From the IMG/VR virus record IMGVR_UViG_3300047311_000323, positions 64,001-128,000 of that record: a DNA stretch of 64,000 bases, one strand, 5' to 3'. Position numbers and translations under genes: made by a program. Position 1 is the first letter of the stretch. Each line of letters starts with the position of its first letter. The DNA comes from a virus. The notes below the pieces were generated by a model. That model did not search any database. It was not told the DNA's origin and was given only the letters and a program-made list of their open reading frames with translations. This document shows positions 63,488 through 64,000 of the stretch, piece after piece.

Positions 63488-64000
63488 TCACTTAAAGTAT
63501 TTATCGATATTAACGGAACCGCCATTCAATAGATTTTTGTCTTTGACTAGTCGGTTAAGGGCATTCTGTACATCTTTATTGGTTGGCTTTTTGCGATTAT
63601 GTGCTAAAGCTTCAAACATAGCAGAGATATACAATTCTTTTAAGTAAGCATAAGAAAACTCGTACTTGGCTGCGTATTTGGATAATTCCCTACACTGTTG
63701 AGCAGTGATGAGAGTTCCAAACCATCTCTTTAGATATATATAAGCCATTTCAGCATTTGGTAGAGGAATCTCGAATTTTCTGTCAAATCGTGAAGGTCTA
63801 TCAGTAATGTTAGTCTTCAGTTTTTTGACTTCGTTCGCAGTTGCAATAACCAGCAAACCGTTTTTCGCTGAGATGCCGTCCATCAAATTAAGGAAGGAAG
63901 AGATGTCTACGCTCTTCTCAAGTAACGAGTCTAAGTCTTCAAAGTAAAGCAGCGAAGGACTTTGTTCCTCCGCATAAGAGAAAGCTTCGCGCACTGCTTC
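63488..64000 (-). CDS. AAA+ ATPase (FtsH/Cdc48-type AAA domain), 5' end beyond window
   Basis: LLYFEDLDSL Walker B, NLMDG, LVIATAN sensor 1, DRPSRFDRKFEIPLP. The frame stays open to base 64000. Confidence 0.9.
   Translation of the reverse strand, partial: EAVREAFSYAEEQSPSLLYFEDLDSLLEKSVDISSFLNLMDGISAKNGLLVIATANEVKKLKTNITDRPSRFDRKFEIPLPNAEMAYIYLKRWFGTLITAQQCRELSKYAAKYEFSYAYLKELYISAMFEALAHNRKKPTNKDVQNALNRLVKDKNLLNGGSVNIDKYFK

Noticed and set aside
1-64000. Stop-codon reassignment, as in some huge phages
   Set aside because: Code 11 gives full-length genes with high coding density, and TAA, TGA and TAG all end genes.
1-64000. tRNA or other structured RNA genes
   Set aside because: Intergenic gaps are mostly under 100 nt and none shows a cloverleaf or T-loop pattern. 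A tRNAscan/Infernal run would be decisive.
1-64000. Eukaryotic-virus origin suggested by CRIPT-like, MT-A70 and polyproline features
   Set aside because: SD sites, coupled operons, DnaE, DnaG, RecA, bS21, trigger factor and a peptidoglycan hydrolase all indicate a bacterial host.

Overview
The window is 64 kb of a large (jumbo-type) tailed bacteriophage genome in the standard bacterial code. About 63 tightly packed genes lie on the minus strand and only two credible genes on the plus strand. The left half (1-33 kb) is a head morphogenesis block: gpA-family large terminase, portal with a polyproline tail, a 1252-aa prohead protease-scaffold, a probable capsid decoration protein and about 20 unannotated proteins. 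Three enzymes sit inside this block: a Cys-phosphatase, a lytic transglycosylase and a CCA-type nucleotidyltransferase. The right half (33-64 kb) covers replication, recombination and host takeover: split DnaG primase, DnaJ, RuvC, gp32-like SSB, RecA with a UvsY-like neighbour, DnaE, SbcCD, Cas4/RecB-like nuclease, dNMP kinase, trigger factor, peptide deformylase-SEC-C, ribosomal protein bS21, MT-A70 methylase, HNH and an AAA ATPase. No major capsid or tail gene, tRNA or CRISPR array is recognisable. The strongest candidate for an undescribed system is a protease-programmed head-cargo scheme. It comprises a nested protease/scaffold gene with internal starts and twin 72-aa cassettes, a recurring K-x-A motif, a shared helical-hairpin module and other short motifs across about 15 proteins, and hydrophobic or amphipathic segments directly after the motif. 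All assignments come from motifs read by eye; no database search was run.
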